DNA from: Hemiscyllium ocellatum
Lineage: Eukaryota
Assembly (NCBI RefSeq): GCF_020745735.1
Contig: NC_083429.1
Location: 30,857,877 to 30,921,876, forward strand
Reading direction: 5' to 3'
DNA length: 64,000 bases
Shown: piece after piece, positions 25,345 through 39,115 of the stretch
Numbering within the stretch: the stretch's first letter is position 1
How the letters are laid out: the number at the start of each line of letters is the position of its first letter
The notes under the pieces: generated by a model
What the model was told of the DNA's origin: nothing
The model's database searches: none
What the model saw: only the letters and a program-made list of their open reading frames with translations
Program-made: the position numbers and the translations under genes

Positions 25345-26550
25345 ATGACTTTTCAGCACAGACATCTATTTCAAACCCACTGCTACCTGAACTACACCTC
25401 CTTCCACAGCCCCCCTACTGCCAAAACATTATTCCTCACTCCCAATTCTTCTGCCTCCACCATATCTGCTCCCAGGAGGAGAAATTCCACGCTGGACATC
25501 CCAGATGTCCTCCTATTTCAGGAACTGCAATTTCCCCTCCCAAGTGCTCCCTCGAGCACATCTCCTCCATTTCCTGCACCTCCGCTTTTGAACCCCACCC
25601 CTCAAACCGCAAAGCATGTAGACCCCCCGGCTCCTCCCCCAACCACCCCTGCCCACTAATATCCGGACATGGCATATTATCCTCTGCCATTTCCACCACC
25701 TACAGATAGACACCGCCACCAGAGATATATTTCCCTCCACACCCCTGTCTATATTCCACAAAGACAAATTCCTGAGCAAATCCCAATTCCGGTCTACACT
25801 CCCTACCAATTCACCCTCTACTCCTGGCTCCTTCCCTTGCTGCCGCAAGAAGTGTAAAGCCTGTGCCCACAGCTCCCCGCTCACCTGTGTCCAAGGCCCC
25901 AAAGGATCCTTCCACATCTGGCAGAGATTTTCCTGCACATTCAAACAACTCATCTACTGCATCTGTTGCTCTTCATGTGGTCTCCTCTCTATTAGGGAGA
26001 AAGAACGTCAACTCGCAGAGCAATTCAGAGAGCATCTCTGGGACATACACAGCCCCATTGCTCTGTGGCCAACCACTCTACCTCCCCCTCTCACTCCCCC
26101 AGTTATATGTCAGTCCTGGGCCTCCTCTACCTCTGAATCAAAGCTACCAGTCAACTGGAGGAAGAAAGTCTCAATTTCTGCCTTTGAATCCTTCAACCAC
26201 ACAGCATCAACATTGACTTCGCTAGTTCCCAAATTTACCCACCCCACACCTCATCCCGGATCCAACCCTCCAACTTGGCACCGTTGTCTTGACCTGTCCA
26301 CCTGTCCATCTTCTTTCCCACCTATCCCCTCCACTCTCCCCACCAACCTATCACAATTAGCCCCTACTTGCATCTACCCATCACCTTTCCAGCTACCTTC
26401 CCTCCAGCTGCATCCCCACCCCCACCCCTTATTTATCTCTCATCCCCATTCCCTCTCCAAACTCCTAATGAAGGACTTATGTCTGAATTGTCAACTCTTC
26501 TGCTCCTTGGATGCTGCCTGAATTGCTGTTCTTTTCTAGCTTTACACTTT
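25345..26550 (+). mobile_element. Degenerate Penelope-like element (RT C-terminus, GIY-YIG, pLTR)
   Basis: STDIYFKPT-like motif, GPKGSFHI.QRFSC and H.IYCI-like segments, ending in the pLTR family found across the window. Confidence 0.65.
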
Positions 26551-26661
26551 TCAATTATTTTCAGTGCATATCCCAATTCACACCAAATTCCTTCTAGCCA
26601 TAACCCGCTGATCAATACGGCCTCCCAGTTCATTAATGTCTTGAAATTTAAAGTTCTTCAA

Positions 26662-27870
26662 GGGAATTGAATTGAATTGAATTTATTGTCATGTGTACTG
26701 TGGCACAGTCTTGCAAGCAATCCAGGTAGATCATAGAGTTAAGTAGCAAAAACAAAATACAGGTACAGGTGAATGTTAAGAGTTTGTCAGTCCATTCAGT
26801 ATTCTAACAACAGCACAGTAGGAATTGTTTTGAAACTAGCTGGTGCATGTGTTCAGGCTTCTGTACCTTTTCCCTGATGGTAGAGGTTGTAGAAACAAAT
26901 TGACAGGGAGGGATGGATCTTGGAGAATGTTGGCGACCTTTCCTTGACAACGGGCCTGGTAGGTGGGTTCTATAGATGTGGGGTTAGCCTTTGTGATCAT
27001 CCAGGCCGAGTTCACCACTCTCTGTAACCGTCTCCGATCTTGAATGGTACAGTTGCCATACCAGGTAGTGATACATTCTGACAGAATGGCACACCTATAA
27101 AAGTTGGCAAGGGTATTCGCCATCATGCCAACTTTCGTCAGCTGCCTGAGGAAGAAGAGACGTTGTTGGGCCTTTGTAACCTGTGCGTTCACATGAAGAG
27201 TCCTAGAAAGTTTGTTGTGGATGACCATTCCCAGGAACCTGACACTCTTCACTTGTTTCATCTCTGTGCTGTAAATGTGCAGGGGGGCATGAGTAACATC
27301 CCACCGAAAGTCACTAATAAGTTTCTTGGTTTTGTTGGCATTGAGAGCTAGGTTGTTCTCAGTGCACTGTTTTTCCAGGTCTTCCACCTCCCGTCTGTAG
27401 TCTGTTTCATCGCCATCTGAGATTCGACTGACTATGGTGGTGTCATCAGCGATGTAAATGGCATTAGTCTGGTATTTGGTGATGCAGTCATGGGTATACA
27501 GTGAGTACAGTAGGGGGTTGAGTACACACTCCTGGGGGACTCCAGTGTTGAGTGTTAGTGAGGATGAAATATTGTCCCCAGTCTTCACTGATGGTGGCTT
27601 GTGGGTCAGGAAACTGAGGATCCAGTTGCAGAGAATGGAGTTTAGTCCAAGGTCATTAAGTTTCGTAATTAGCCTTGAGGGGATAATAGTGTTGAAAGCT
27701 GAACTGTAGTCAATGACTAGGATTCTTAAGTAGTTGTTCTTGGTGTCAAGATGTTCTAAGGAGAAGTGAAGGGCATGTGATATGGCATTTGACGTGGATC
27801 TGTTGGTCCAATAAGCAAATTGGAGTGAGTCAAGAGTAGTGGAGAGACTGGAGTTGCTCTCTCTGGCAGA
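26662..27870 (-). mobile_element. Rex1/Babar-clade LINE, RT-containing 3' part
   Basis: LDSLQFAY..NRST, DYSSAFNTIIP, TGVPQECVLNPLLYSLYTHDC, IADDTTIV, NNLALNANKTK; (CAATT)n 3' tail. Confidence 0.85.
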
Positions 27871-27924
27871 CTGGCTTTCAATTCTCCCCAGACCATCAGC
27901 ACTCAGTATCTCAGGGTTCTTTTC

Positions 27925-28820
27925 ATAAGACCATAAGACCATGACACAAAGGAATGGAAGAAGGCCATTCAGCCCATTGAGTCCACTTCACCATTCAATC
28001 ATGGCTGATGGACATTTAAATTCCACTTACCTGCACTCTCCCCATATTCCCTTAATTCCTTGCGAGATCAAGAATATATCAATCTCTGCCTTGAAGACAT
28101 TTAACGTCCCAGCCTCCACTGCACTCTGTGGCAGTGAATTCCACAGGCCCACCACTCTCTGACTGAAGTAATGTCTCCTCATTTCCATTCCAAATTGACC
28201 CCCTCTAATTCTAAAGCTGTGCCCTAGATCCTAGTCTCCCTGCCTAATGGAAACAACTTCCCAGCATCCACCCTTTCTCAGCCATGCATTACCTTGTAAG
28301 TTTCTATTAGGTCTCCCCTAAACTTCTTACCTCTAATGAATACAATCCCAGAATCCTCAGCCGTTCATCATATGTTAGACTTACCATTCCTGCGATCATC
28401 CGTGTGAATCTCCGCTGGACACGCTCCAGTGCCAGTATGTCCTTCCTGAGGTGTGGGGCCCAAAATTGGACACAGTATTCTAAATGGGACCTAACTTAAG
28501 CTTTATAAAGTCTCAGTAGCACATCACTGCTTTTATATTCCAACCCTCTTGAAATAAATGACAACAAACCACGGACTCAACATGCAAGTCAACTTTTAGA
28601 GAATTCTGGTCTAGCACTCCTAGATCCCTTTGTACTTTGGCTTTATGAATTTTCTCACCTTTTAGAAAATTTTCATGCCTGTATTCTTTTTTCTGAAGTA
28701 CAAGCCCTCACATTTACTCAAGCTGAATTTCATCAACCATTTCCTGGACCACTCTCCTAAACTGGCTAAATCTTTCTGCAGCCTCCCCACCTCCTCAGAA
28801 TTACCTGCCTGTCCGCCTGA
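27925..28820 (-). mobile_element. CR1 3' fragment
   Basis: CATAAGAC tail repeats and CR1 RT C-terminal similarity. Confidence 0.7.
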
Positions 28821-29860
28821 CTTTCAAATTTAACTACTTATTTATCTAGTGTTGACTTGCTTCACCATTGAAGATGGAGTTTCGTTTTTCTAGGGTCTTA
28901 ATTCTGGAAGTTTCTTCCTAATCTTCTCCAGCCCTTCTTCCTTCTCCTCGAAAACATGTTTAAAACAGGCTTCTTTGATGCTGATATTGATAATCTGTCC
29001 TCAAAACTATGTGTCTCAATGTCAAATGTTGATTCAATGTTGTGGTATGTAAGATACCTAGGGGAGGAGAGCAAAATCTCACATACCACCATCTGAAAAT
29101 TTATTTGGATATGAGAGTGCGATGTCAGGCACATTTTCGTGTACTGGCACTTTGTTCTTGACACCTTACTGTGAGTGAATTCATAAAATCCATCCTAAAA
29201 GAAATTTAACGGAAGAGACAGAGTGTAACCGGAAAAGAGGCATGCAAAGATTTTATGTCATTCTTTCCTCAAATGTACAGCTCCTGAGCTGAAGTTACGA
29301 TGGATAAACAAGAGAATTGCATGGAAATCCACGCCATTCTTCTTGAATATATAGATGTTCTGTTTTGTTCTGTTTTCTGGTTCGTACATAAATCACCAAC
29401 AGAGATATCGAAACTTAAACTACAATTGTGGTTAGTCTGTCTTGGTCATACTACCTCTGAATCACCAGAGTGAATATGAACAATCTGCAGATTGATATTA
29501 CGATATGGATCTAACCGAATGTTATAATTAGCTTGAGGGGCTGAATGAGGAATTCCTGTTTCATTCTGAATATTGTGCCGACCCAAGAATAAATCCTACA
29601 TCTCAGTGAAGAGCAAAAAAGTGAATCAACCCATTGGAAGTATTCTTACCACACCCAGAACAATGATGGGAGGAGGTTGTTTGTATAAAATAACCAGAAA
29701 GTTAACAACAGTTGCAAACTACATTCTTAGAGACCACAGGAGCAAATGTTCAGGGCCAGTTTCCTGTCCGTTATTTCCAGTAAGGTCAAGTTAAACAGGC
29801 AATAACCCAATTGGCAGGAAACCACAGTGGTTACTGCAGTTCACAAGGATAGGCTAATTA

Positions 29861-31764
29861 AAACATAAAACATAAACCATTACAGTAGACCAACACAGTA
29901 CAGGCCCTTCGGCCCTCGCTATTGCACCAACCTGTGAAAACAATCTGAAGCTCATGTAACCTACACTATTTCATTCTCGTCCTTACACCATTAGTAACTG
30001 AACTCCAGGATGAATATTTCCCATCAACCACCATCCTCTTCTCCTTTCAGCTAGCCAATTTCTGATCCAAACCACTAAATCCCCCTCAATCTCATGCCTC
30101 CGTATTTTGTGCAATAGCCTACTGTGGAGAACCTTATCAAATGTCTTACTGAAATCCATATACACCACATCAACCGTTTTACCCTCACCGACCTTTCTGG
30201 TCACCTTCTCAAAGAACTCAATAAGGTTTGTGAGGCACAACTTACTTTTCATGAAACCATGTTGACGATCCCTAATCAACTTATTCATTTCTAGATGATT
30301 ATAAATCCGATCTCTTTTAACCCTTTCCAACACTTTACCCACAACTGAAGTAAGGTTTACTGGTCTATAATTACCAGGGATGTGTCTACTCCCCTTCTTG
30401 AACAAGGGGACAATGTTTGCTATCCTCCAGTATTCTAGCACTATTCCTGTAGACACAGACGCCATAAAGATCAAAGCCAAAAGCTCGGCAATCTCCTCCG
30501 TGGTTTCCCAGAGAATCTTCGGATAAATCCCAAACAGCCCAGGGAATTTATCTATTTTTACACTTTCCAGAATTGTTAATCCCTTCTAGTCTAGTTTCCT
30601 GTATCTCAGTATTCTCCTTAACAATATTGTCTTTTTCTATTTTGAATATTAATGAAAAATATTCATTTAGTGCCTCCCCATCTCCTCTGACTCTACGTAC
30701 AACTTCCTACTACTATCCTTGATTGGCCCTAATCTTACTCTAATCATTCTTGTATTCCTGTTATACCTATAGAAAGCCTTCGGATTTTCCTTGCTCCTAT
30801 TTGCCAATGACTTCTCACGTCCCGTCCTGGCTCTTCTTAACTCTCTCTTTTGGTCTTTCCTGGATAACCGAGTACCTTAACTGAGCCATCACATCTCATC
30901 CTAACATGAACCTTCTTCTTCGTCTAGACAAGTGACTGCACTTCCTTAGTAAACTATGGTTCCCATGCAGCACAACTTCCTCCCTGCCTGACCAGTACAT
31001 ACTTACGAAGGATCCGCAGGAGCTGTTCCTTGAATAAGCTCCACATTTCAATTGTGCCCATCCTTTGCAGTTTACTTTCCCATTCTATGCATCCTAAAGC
31101 TTGCCTAATCACATTGTAATTGCCTTTCCCCCAGCTGTAACTCTTGCCCTGTGATATACCTATCCCCTTCCATCACTAAAGTAAACCTAACCGAATTGTT
31201 GTCACTATCACCAAAGTGCTCACCTACCTACAAATCTAACACGTAACTGGGTTCATTAGCCAGTAAAAAACCTAATGTGGCCTCGCCCCTTGTTGGCCTA
31301 TCTACATACTGTGTCAGGAAACCCTCCTGCACACATTGGACAAAAACTGACCCATCTAAAGTAGTTGAACTATAGCAGTCCCAGTTAATATTAAGAAAGT
31401 TAAGGCCCTAATAGCAACCAGCTGTCACTCTCGCTCCTATCAAGGATCATCTTTGCCAACCTTTCCTCTACATTCTGGAACTATTCAGAGGTCTACAGAA
31501 AACTCCCAACAGGGTGATCTCCTTTCCTGTTTCTAATCTTAGCCCATACTGCCTCAGTAGATGAGTCCTCAAACGTCCTTTCTGCAACTGTAATGCTGTC
31601 CTTGATTAACAATGCCACATCACCCCCATTTTAAACATTTTCTCTGTTCTTACTGAAACATTGAAATCCAGGAACCTGCCATAACCATTCCTGTCCCTGC
31701 TCTACCAATGTCTCTGAAATGGCCACAACATCGAAATCCCAGGTACCAACCCATGCTGCAAGTT
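29861..31764 (-). mobile_element. Internally deleted CR1 LINE (end of endonuclease, RT, tail)
   Basis: WRIANIVPLFKKG..PGNYRPVNLTSVVGKVLE, QHGFMK, CLTNLIEFFE, VDVVYMDFSKTFDKV; abrupt jump to the 3' tail near 29985. Confidence 0.85.
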
Positions 31765-31849
31765 GTAGCTACTTTATTTTCAATGTACTCATAAAGCTTG
31801 GGCAAAACTTCGGAAACTGTGCCTCAATTTGGAACTGTTTCATTTACAT

Positions 31850-32092
31850 AGTTGGAGGAAAGTATAGAGGAGATGTCAGAGGCGGGTTCTTTACACAGAG
31901 AGCTGTGAGAGCATGGAATGCGCTGCCAGCAGCAGTTGTGAAAGCAAGGTCATTGGGGATACTTAAGAGACTGCTGGACATGCATATGGTGACTGAAATT
32001 TGAGGGTGCATACATGAGGATCAATAGTTGGCACAACATCATGGGCTGAAGGGCCTGTTCTATGTTGTACTGATCTATATTCTATATTCTAT
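31850..32092 (+). mobile_element. CR1 3' fragment
   Basis: FFTQRAVRAWNALP; (CTATATT)n tail. Confidence 0.7.
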
Positions 32093-32094
32093 AA

Positions 32095-35000
32095 GGAGAT
32101 ATGTACCTTAGACTATTGTCAGAAAAGGTAAGAGTAACAGGAATTCACGGTAAAACATGAAGAGCTTAATTATTTGGAGTGAGGTTAGAGGGTCCAGTGA
32201 AGATTGGAGAAGTTATAGTAGGAATATGGACAAACTCTCAGCTCCAGGAAAACAATTTGTCTTTGCTAATGATATAGCTGATTCACCAGCAGGAGTACTG
32301 CCTACTATGGTCATAAAGCCAATGGAAACTCAGACAACTGAACTATTGCAGGACACACGTCCTGGGATTTTTCCTGACTATGTGGTAACAAGGTCACAAA
32401 GTCACCAGTTGAAACAGGAGAGATTAAAGAGCACAGATAAGAAAGTTGAAGTGGAATTAACAGAGACCCTGTTTGATCAAATAGTTGACACAAACCAGGA
32501 GCAGATGGATGACAGAGCAGACATCTTTAGATCAGATAAATTAACTGAGTTATAACAGAAAGATGAAAATTTAAAGCGATTGTAGCAAAAGGCACACAGA
32601 AAATGAATGTGAATGTATCACTGAATGAAGTCTTAAGGAGGAAATGGAGACCATCACATATTCAGGCGGATAAGAAATAGGCAGATGTTCATCATGTCAG
32701 ATTGCCAGTGGGCTGTAGAAACGAGGTTTTGCGAGTGGCGCTTGAGCTACCACTACGGGGTCATTTAGGAATGAGAAAAACTCAAGCTAAAATGCAAAAA
32801 CATTGTTAGTGGCCTGGACTGCACAAGGATGCAGTTGAATTTTGCCAGATGAGTCATACATATCAGGTAATTGAAAAACCACAGGCAGTAATAAAACCCA
32901 CAACTTTAATACTTTTTACACGGTTCTTAATTGATTGTGCAGGACCATTACCTCAAGCAAAACAATGGGAATCAGAATTTGTTAACAATAATGGATGTAT
33001 CCACTAGATTTCCCGAGGCCGTTCCATTATGCATTATCACAGCTAAAAGGATTGTAGAGGAATTACTCAAGTTTTTCACTAGATACGGAGTACCCACAGA
33101 GATACAAACAGATCAAGAGTCAAACTTTAAATCAAAATTATTCAAGGAAGTTATAGATAGACAGGAATAAAACAATCTAAATCTGCCATGTGTTATTGAG
33201 AATCGCAGGGCGCACTTGAAAGTTGTCTTTGGACATTAAAGACAAAGTTGAGGGCTTATGATCAAGACTTTCCAGGAGATTGGGATAAGACAATTCCATT
33301 TGTACTTCTTGTGATCAGAGATGCACCAAATAAATCAATTAAATTCAGTCCATTTGAATTAATTTTTGGGCATGAAATGAGAGGAGAGCTAAAATTGATT
33401 GAGGAGAAATTGATAAGTCAGAATTCAGAAACCACATATTTGGACTATGTGTCAAATTTTCAGGAATGAGTGGAGGAGTTGGGGGAGTGGGGGAGTTGGC
33501 TGGACAGTATTTAAAAGCCTCACAGCATACAATGAAATGGGAAGCAGAAAACAATATTTCCAATTTTGCTATTGGTGATGAGGTGTTAGTGTAAATTCCA
33601 GTAGTAGGTGAACCTTTAAAAGAAAGGTTTAGCGGACCTTATCAAGTCAAAATGAAGTTAAGTGGTGAACTATTTGATAAGGACTCCAAACAGAAAGAAA
33701 TCTCACAGAGTGTGTCATGACAATATGCTCAAAAGGTATTTTGACACAGAACGAAAGCAAGAGGAGAATGTGTTATTGGTTGCAACATAGAGGGAAGAAT
33801 CAAGTTCAGAGCATTCTGAATTGGACAAGCCTCAAAATAAATTGGACAATGAGGAAATTATCAAAAATTGGGATAAATTATTGAGTTAACTTAGAGAGGA
33901 AAATCAAAATTACCTGAAAGACTTATTACTATTACACTGGGAGATACGTGGAATTAAGCTGGGAAATAGATATAACAGATGCTGCTCCAATTAAGCAACA
34001 TCCCAATAAGCATAGCCCTCTAAAGTTGATACAGGTTCAAAAGGAGTTTGAATGCATACTACAAGACAACATAATTGAAGTGAGTTACAGTGACTGGAGC
34101 TCACCTACAGCAGTGGTGTCAAAACCAATTGGTACCCGATGGTTATGTGTAGACTCTCGGAAAGTCAACGCAGTTACAAAGGCTGATGCATATCCAATTC
34201 TACATTTGGAAGACTGTGTTGAAAAGGTGGGATGATCAACTTTTATTTCTAAGTTGGACTTGCTCAGAGGTACCTTTGTCAGAAAGAGTGAAGGCCAAAT
34301 GGACTGTACCAGTTTAAAGTCATGCCATTTGATATTAAAAAAATGCCAAACATATTTCAGAGACTAAGCAATGAGGTCATTGCTGGATTACCCAACATTG
34401 TCGTATGTATCGATGACCTGGTGATTTTTAGTCACACATAGAAAGAACATTTGCAACATTTATCAGAATTGTTTGATCAACTTCAGGAAGAAGGCTTGGT
34501 GATAAACCTGGCTAAAAGTGAATTTACCAATGCGGCCCAAGTCACCTTCCTGGGCCATGTTGCAGGACATGGTCAAATGGCCCCATGGGATGCAAAACAA
34601 AAGAAATTGGGAAATTCCTGTAGCATCGACATAAAGAGATCCCTATGATTCCAGGGATTGAGTGGATTTTATCGAAAATGCTTACCAAATGTTAGTAGTG
34701 TGGCTGCTCCACTCACTGAAATGCTAAAGAAAGGCAAGAAGTTTCAGTGGACAGCAGATTGTCAGAAGTCATTTGACAGCCTGAAAGCTGTGAAAATCAC
34801 TGCCCTGGTGTTAGCCACACCCAGTTACACAAAGCCATTCAAGGAGGCTATTGATTGCAAGTGATGTTGGTGTGCTGCTCACTTGCAAGAAGACAACGAG
34901 AAGATAGAAAGGCCTATTGGGTATTTCTCCAGGAAATTGAACATTCATCAGCAAAAATATTCAATGATTGAGAAGGAGACGCTGAGCTTGGTGTTGGCAT

Positions 35001-36020
35001 TACAACATTTTAATGTCTATGTTACCAGTAACATATCTGAGACAATCATATACACTGACCATAACCCATTGAAGTTTGTGAGGGAATTTAAGGACAAGAA
35101 TGCCAGACTGTTTAGATGGAGCTTGTTGTTACAGCTATTCAATTTGAAAATTGGGCACGTAGCAGGTCAGGAAAACATGATTGCCGACATGTTGATGAGG
35201 CTTTAATGAGAAACAGAGGCATTTGATGGCAGGAGTACAACAGACTGAAACAAAATGTAGCTGTGCGTGTTTATAGTTAATATAATGTATATGTCTGTTG
35301 TAGAGTACTAACAATTTAAGACTAAGGAGTTTAAAATGAAGCTATCTTTGGATATTGATGGTTCACTTTTTTGAAGGGGGAGGTGTGATGATGCTGCTCC
35401 TTTAACAAACTTATGTTGCTCTTGGTATTTTTTCAGAAAGGGCATGAAAGACACAGATCCTGAAAAGTCTTAAGTTGAAGGGTTTTAGGACCAGTTTGAA
35501 AATAGCTAACAAATACTGCCTCAGGCAGCAGGCTTTCAAGTTATTGAAAAAATAACACACTTGTATAATGAAAGGGGAATGGCCTGTTCTCCCAAAACAG
35601 CTCCTCTGTGGTTTGGTTTGGTTTTTAGCAGAATTGCTGGAAAGCTGCTGGAGCCAAAAAAGCAGGTCCAGGCTGTTCCTCCTCTCTCTCTCTCTGACAT
35701 CTCTCCTGTAAGACCCTGTGTTTGATTTTACATTTTGTGCCAAGGGGTCTTTATTGAGATTGTTACAAGTATTTGGAACAGCATGATTAAGTTGGGATAA
35801 TCTGTTGAGCTTTCGGATCGATTAAGTCCTTCTGTATTCTGTTTGTGTTTCATTCGGTAATCCTGTAAATAAATTCTATGTTGTTTACAACTAAGTGGTC
35901 TGACCAATTGCATGTTTCCTGGGATATCCACATTAAACCTGCTTAAAACAACTAGCAAAGTTAGGGTCTGGGCTACCCTCTTGAAATGCTTTGTGAAGGG
36001 TTCTGGCCTGGTCCATCACA
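32095..36020 (+). mobile_element. 5'-truncated Gmr1-like LTR retrotransposon (integrase-RT-RNase H order) with PPT and 3' LTR 35384..36020
   Basis: Integrase LTIMDVSTRFPEAVPL...EIQTDQ.SNF (about 32.9-33.3 kb) precedes RT PIKQHP...WSSP...RWLCVD.RKVN and IDDLVIFS (about 34.0-34.5 kb) and RNase H RPIGYFSRKL...EKETL...YTDHNPL (about 34.9-35.2 kb). PPT GAAGGGGGAGG; LTR TGTGATG...CATCACA. Confidence 0.9.
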
Positions 36021-36029
36021 GAAGGTACA

Positions 36030-36600
36030 CTTATGTTAGCCATCATAGTGAGAGGATTCAAGTACAGAAATGAGGATGTCTTGATGTAATTATATAATAT
36101 TGTCACATCTGTAATAGTGCATGGAGTTTTGTTATCTCAGAAAGGATGTTCTTGCAAGAGAGTGAGAGCAGCAAAGTGATGCCTATGATTTACGATAGAC
36201 TGAATTGGTTAGGATGGTATTCACTGGAAATTAGAAGAATGAGGGGGATCTCATAGAAACCTATAAAACTCTAGCAGGGATGGGACACGTTAGATGCAGT
36301 AATGATGCTCCTGTTGTTTGGGGCAGTCCAGAACCAGAGGTCAGTGTTTAATGATAAGTGATAGACATTGTAGGGCTGAGATGAGGAGAAATGTTTTCAA
36401 CCAAAGATTAGTGAGTCTGTGGAATTCACTTCCACAGAAAGTGGTTCAGGCCAAAACACTGTGTTTGAAGAAAGTGGTTGATATGCATCTTGTGGCTAAA
36501 GTGATGGATTAGAGTATTTACCTTAGTGATCACCGATAATCACATTGAATGGTGACGGAGATTTGAGGGGTCAAATGTTCTATCCCTGTTCCTATCTTCT
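36030..36600 (+). mobile_element. CR1 3' fragment
   Basis: RRMRGDLIETYK and FNQRLVSLWNSLPQ translations. Confidence 0.7.
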
Positions 36601-38463
36601 GTGTTATGTTTCTGTGTAAATAAAGGTGTAGCAATAAAAAACAATGACATTATAAAACTGGGGAATCAGGAATCAGCAATAGATGTTGGCCCAAATAGCA
36701 ATTCCCTCATCATGTGAATGAATACAAGAAAATAGTTGGAGAAGGAAAGTAAATTTAAACATGGTGGGTAGTGTGTGGATGAAGTGATCTGCTTTCAACA
36801 GGATTGTGTCAAACTTATTCAAAGGAGACAAAAGGACTTAAGGTGGCAGGACAGGGGAAGGAGACTGCTCAAAGTCCAGGAGGAACCAGTCATTTCATAA
36901 AGAAGGCTACCTATGACATCATATAAAAACTTTTTATTGAAGTATTGTTGTAAAGTAAAAGCTGCATAAATGTACAATAACCATTTTGCAGTAACCTTTT
37001 TAATTCAGGTGTGCTACATGATGACATAGACAAAGAGGAAAAGAGTTAGGAATAAGGTCCAACCCAACTTTATTGAACGCTTTATCAAGGAAAGACAACC
37101 ATTTATCAGCATCTACAGTTATCCTTTAATTAAATTCTATAAAACTTTATCAGTCTGTTTTCAGGATTATTCAGCAGGAGTCTTAAATCTCAAAGTAACC
37201 AGTCTGAAAACTACATTTATTATCTACTCTGACATGCATTTCTGAGGATTCACTGCAGCCTATCCACAGGTCCCTATTATAATATTTTAATTACTTTTCT
37301 GAAGACTGGTAATACCTATTTAATAAGGCTGGGACATGCAGTTCCTCAGTCTTTGAGATTTGGCTGATATTTTTTCAGGATCTGCAGTCATTGATTTGAG
37401 CTTCCCCTTTCGTCTCTGGCTGGTTCTGGTCTTCAGGTTGTCTCACAGAGGTGGTATTCTGCATTTGGTCAGTCAGAGGATGTTCACCAGTTACAAGGGG
37501 CTTGAGATGCTGTGCAACATGGCTGCCAGTCGATGGTGATCTCTGGAGATGCCTTTTAAGGAGGTGCAAAAGCAGAGTGAGTTGGGGCTCCAGGTTACCC
37601 CTGTTATTTACCTCTTTGTGGTCTTCTTGAAGACTAGTTGACCTGTGTCCACGGGCAGCATCGGGCAGGGGCAGGAAGATCCAATGAGGCGACTGCTTTC
37701 TACATTTGGAAGTCGCAGAATATCATTTTGAATCAGCTGGGTGCCACCAAGTCTGCATAGCATTCTCCTAACAAAGCAGCTTCACTGGAGATGTACTCAA
37801 GAGAGCATTCTCAAACAATGTGGCTATTAGCATCTGGCCAGACAGTTTCAGACCTGATGGGCTTCAACCAGAAGCTGATTGTTCAAAGCCTGGCTTCATG
37901 AATACTGTCTGTTCCAGGTTGCAGATTCTGGCCAGGTTTAAACTTAGCTTCAATAGTTGAGTTTTTATCTTTGCTCATGACCAAATTCGATATTTCTGTA
38001 ACAATCCAGGTGGTCATGGGTTACCTGACCGCAGCTTTTCTGTTAGTGTGGGTAGATAATGGGGAATTACATTTCCTGCATTGTAGAGTTGTAGGTGTCT
38101 GATAAGTAGCTTAGTTGTTCCCATAAAAAAGTCTGAAAAGTGACATTTTCAATAGCAATTCTTTCCGTTAGTAAAGAGGAAATGCATTTATTTTTTAAAA
38201 AAATAATAATCTCTATGAGGAGTGGATTTTTTTTTAACAGAACTACTTGAGTTCCCCTTGATGGCACCATCTATCATTTTTCTGATGATTGAGAGAGGAG
38301 TGATAGTGCAGTAATTGGCAACTATGGACTTGTCTTGATTTCTGTGGGCAGTACATGCTGGGGAACATGTGCAGCAGTGTTTCTTCAAATTTTGAGTAAA
38401 CTGTTCATTCAGATGTCAATGAATGTACAGTATCATCATCACAATTGTGTAATTAAATTATAT

Positions 38464-38673
38464 GAGGAGAAAGTGAGGTCTGCAGAGAGGGAGGAAAAGA
38501 GCTTCTTCAAGGAAGGCATCCTTGCAAGAGGATTCGCAGTAGGTTAAAATCTTCGAGGAGAAAGTGAGGTCTGCAGAAGGGCCTGATGAAGGGCTTATGC
38601 CCGAAACGTCGAATTTCCTGTTCCTTGGATGCTGCCTGACCTGCTGCGTTTTAACCAGCAACACATTTTCAGC
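38464..38673. mobile_element. Composite short Penelope pLTR insertion
   Basis: 14-nt TSD TAATTAAATTATAT at 38450..38463 and 38674..38687; contains CUGAUGA-GGGC(UUAU)GCCC-GAAACGUC. Confidence 0.8.
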
Positions 38674-39115
38674 TAATTAAATTATATACTTTGTGAAAAA
38701 GGCTAAATTTTCTTCTTAAAATGGACTTGCCATTTCGCAAAACATGATTGTTCTTGTTAATTCACTGAGGTCAGGAAAAGCACAGACTGATATTTTATGT
38801 CAGAATTATCGAGAATTTGATTAACGTTTGGTCATCACAATGAGCGTTGCAAAAGGTGAGAATGTTAAACTTCTCACAAAAGTAAACCAGAAGGACATCC
38901 CAAGGGATGCTAGTGCAATTAACAAGTTTCTGTTCCTAATGGAACATTTGTTTAATCAAAACTGACAACACTGCCATTTTGCTTTGCTTTCCCTAAGGCA
39001 GGCTTATTACAGAACATCGAGAAGAACATTACAAGACACTATTAGAGACAGATTACTCAACAATGAAATAGAATAATGGAAAACAGTTAAAGGACCGGAA
39101 CAACACAGTGCAATG

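Noticed and set aside
38804-39115. Possible decayed V exon (SVAKGENVKL ... RTGTT)
   Set aside because: No Cys, Trp or YxC landmarks, and several frameshifts would be needed.
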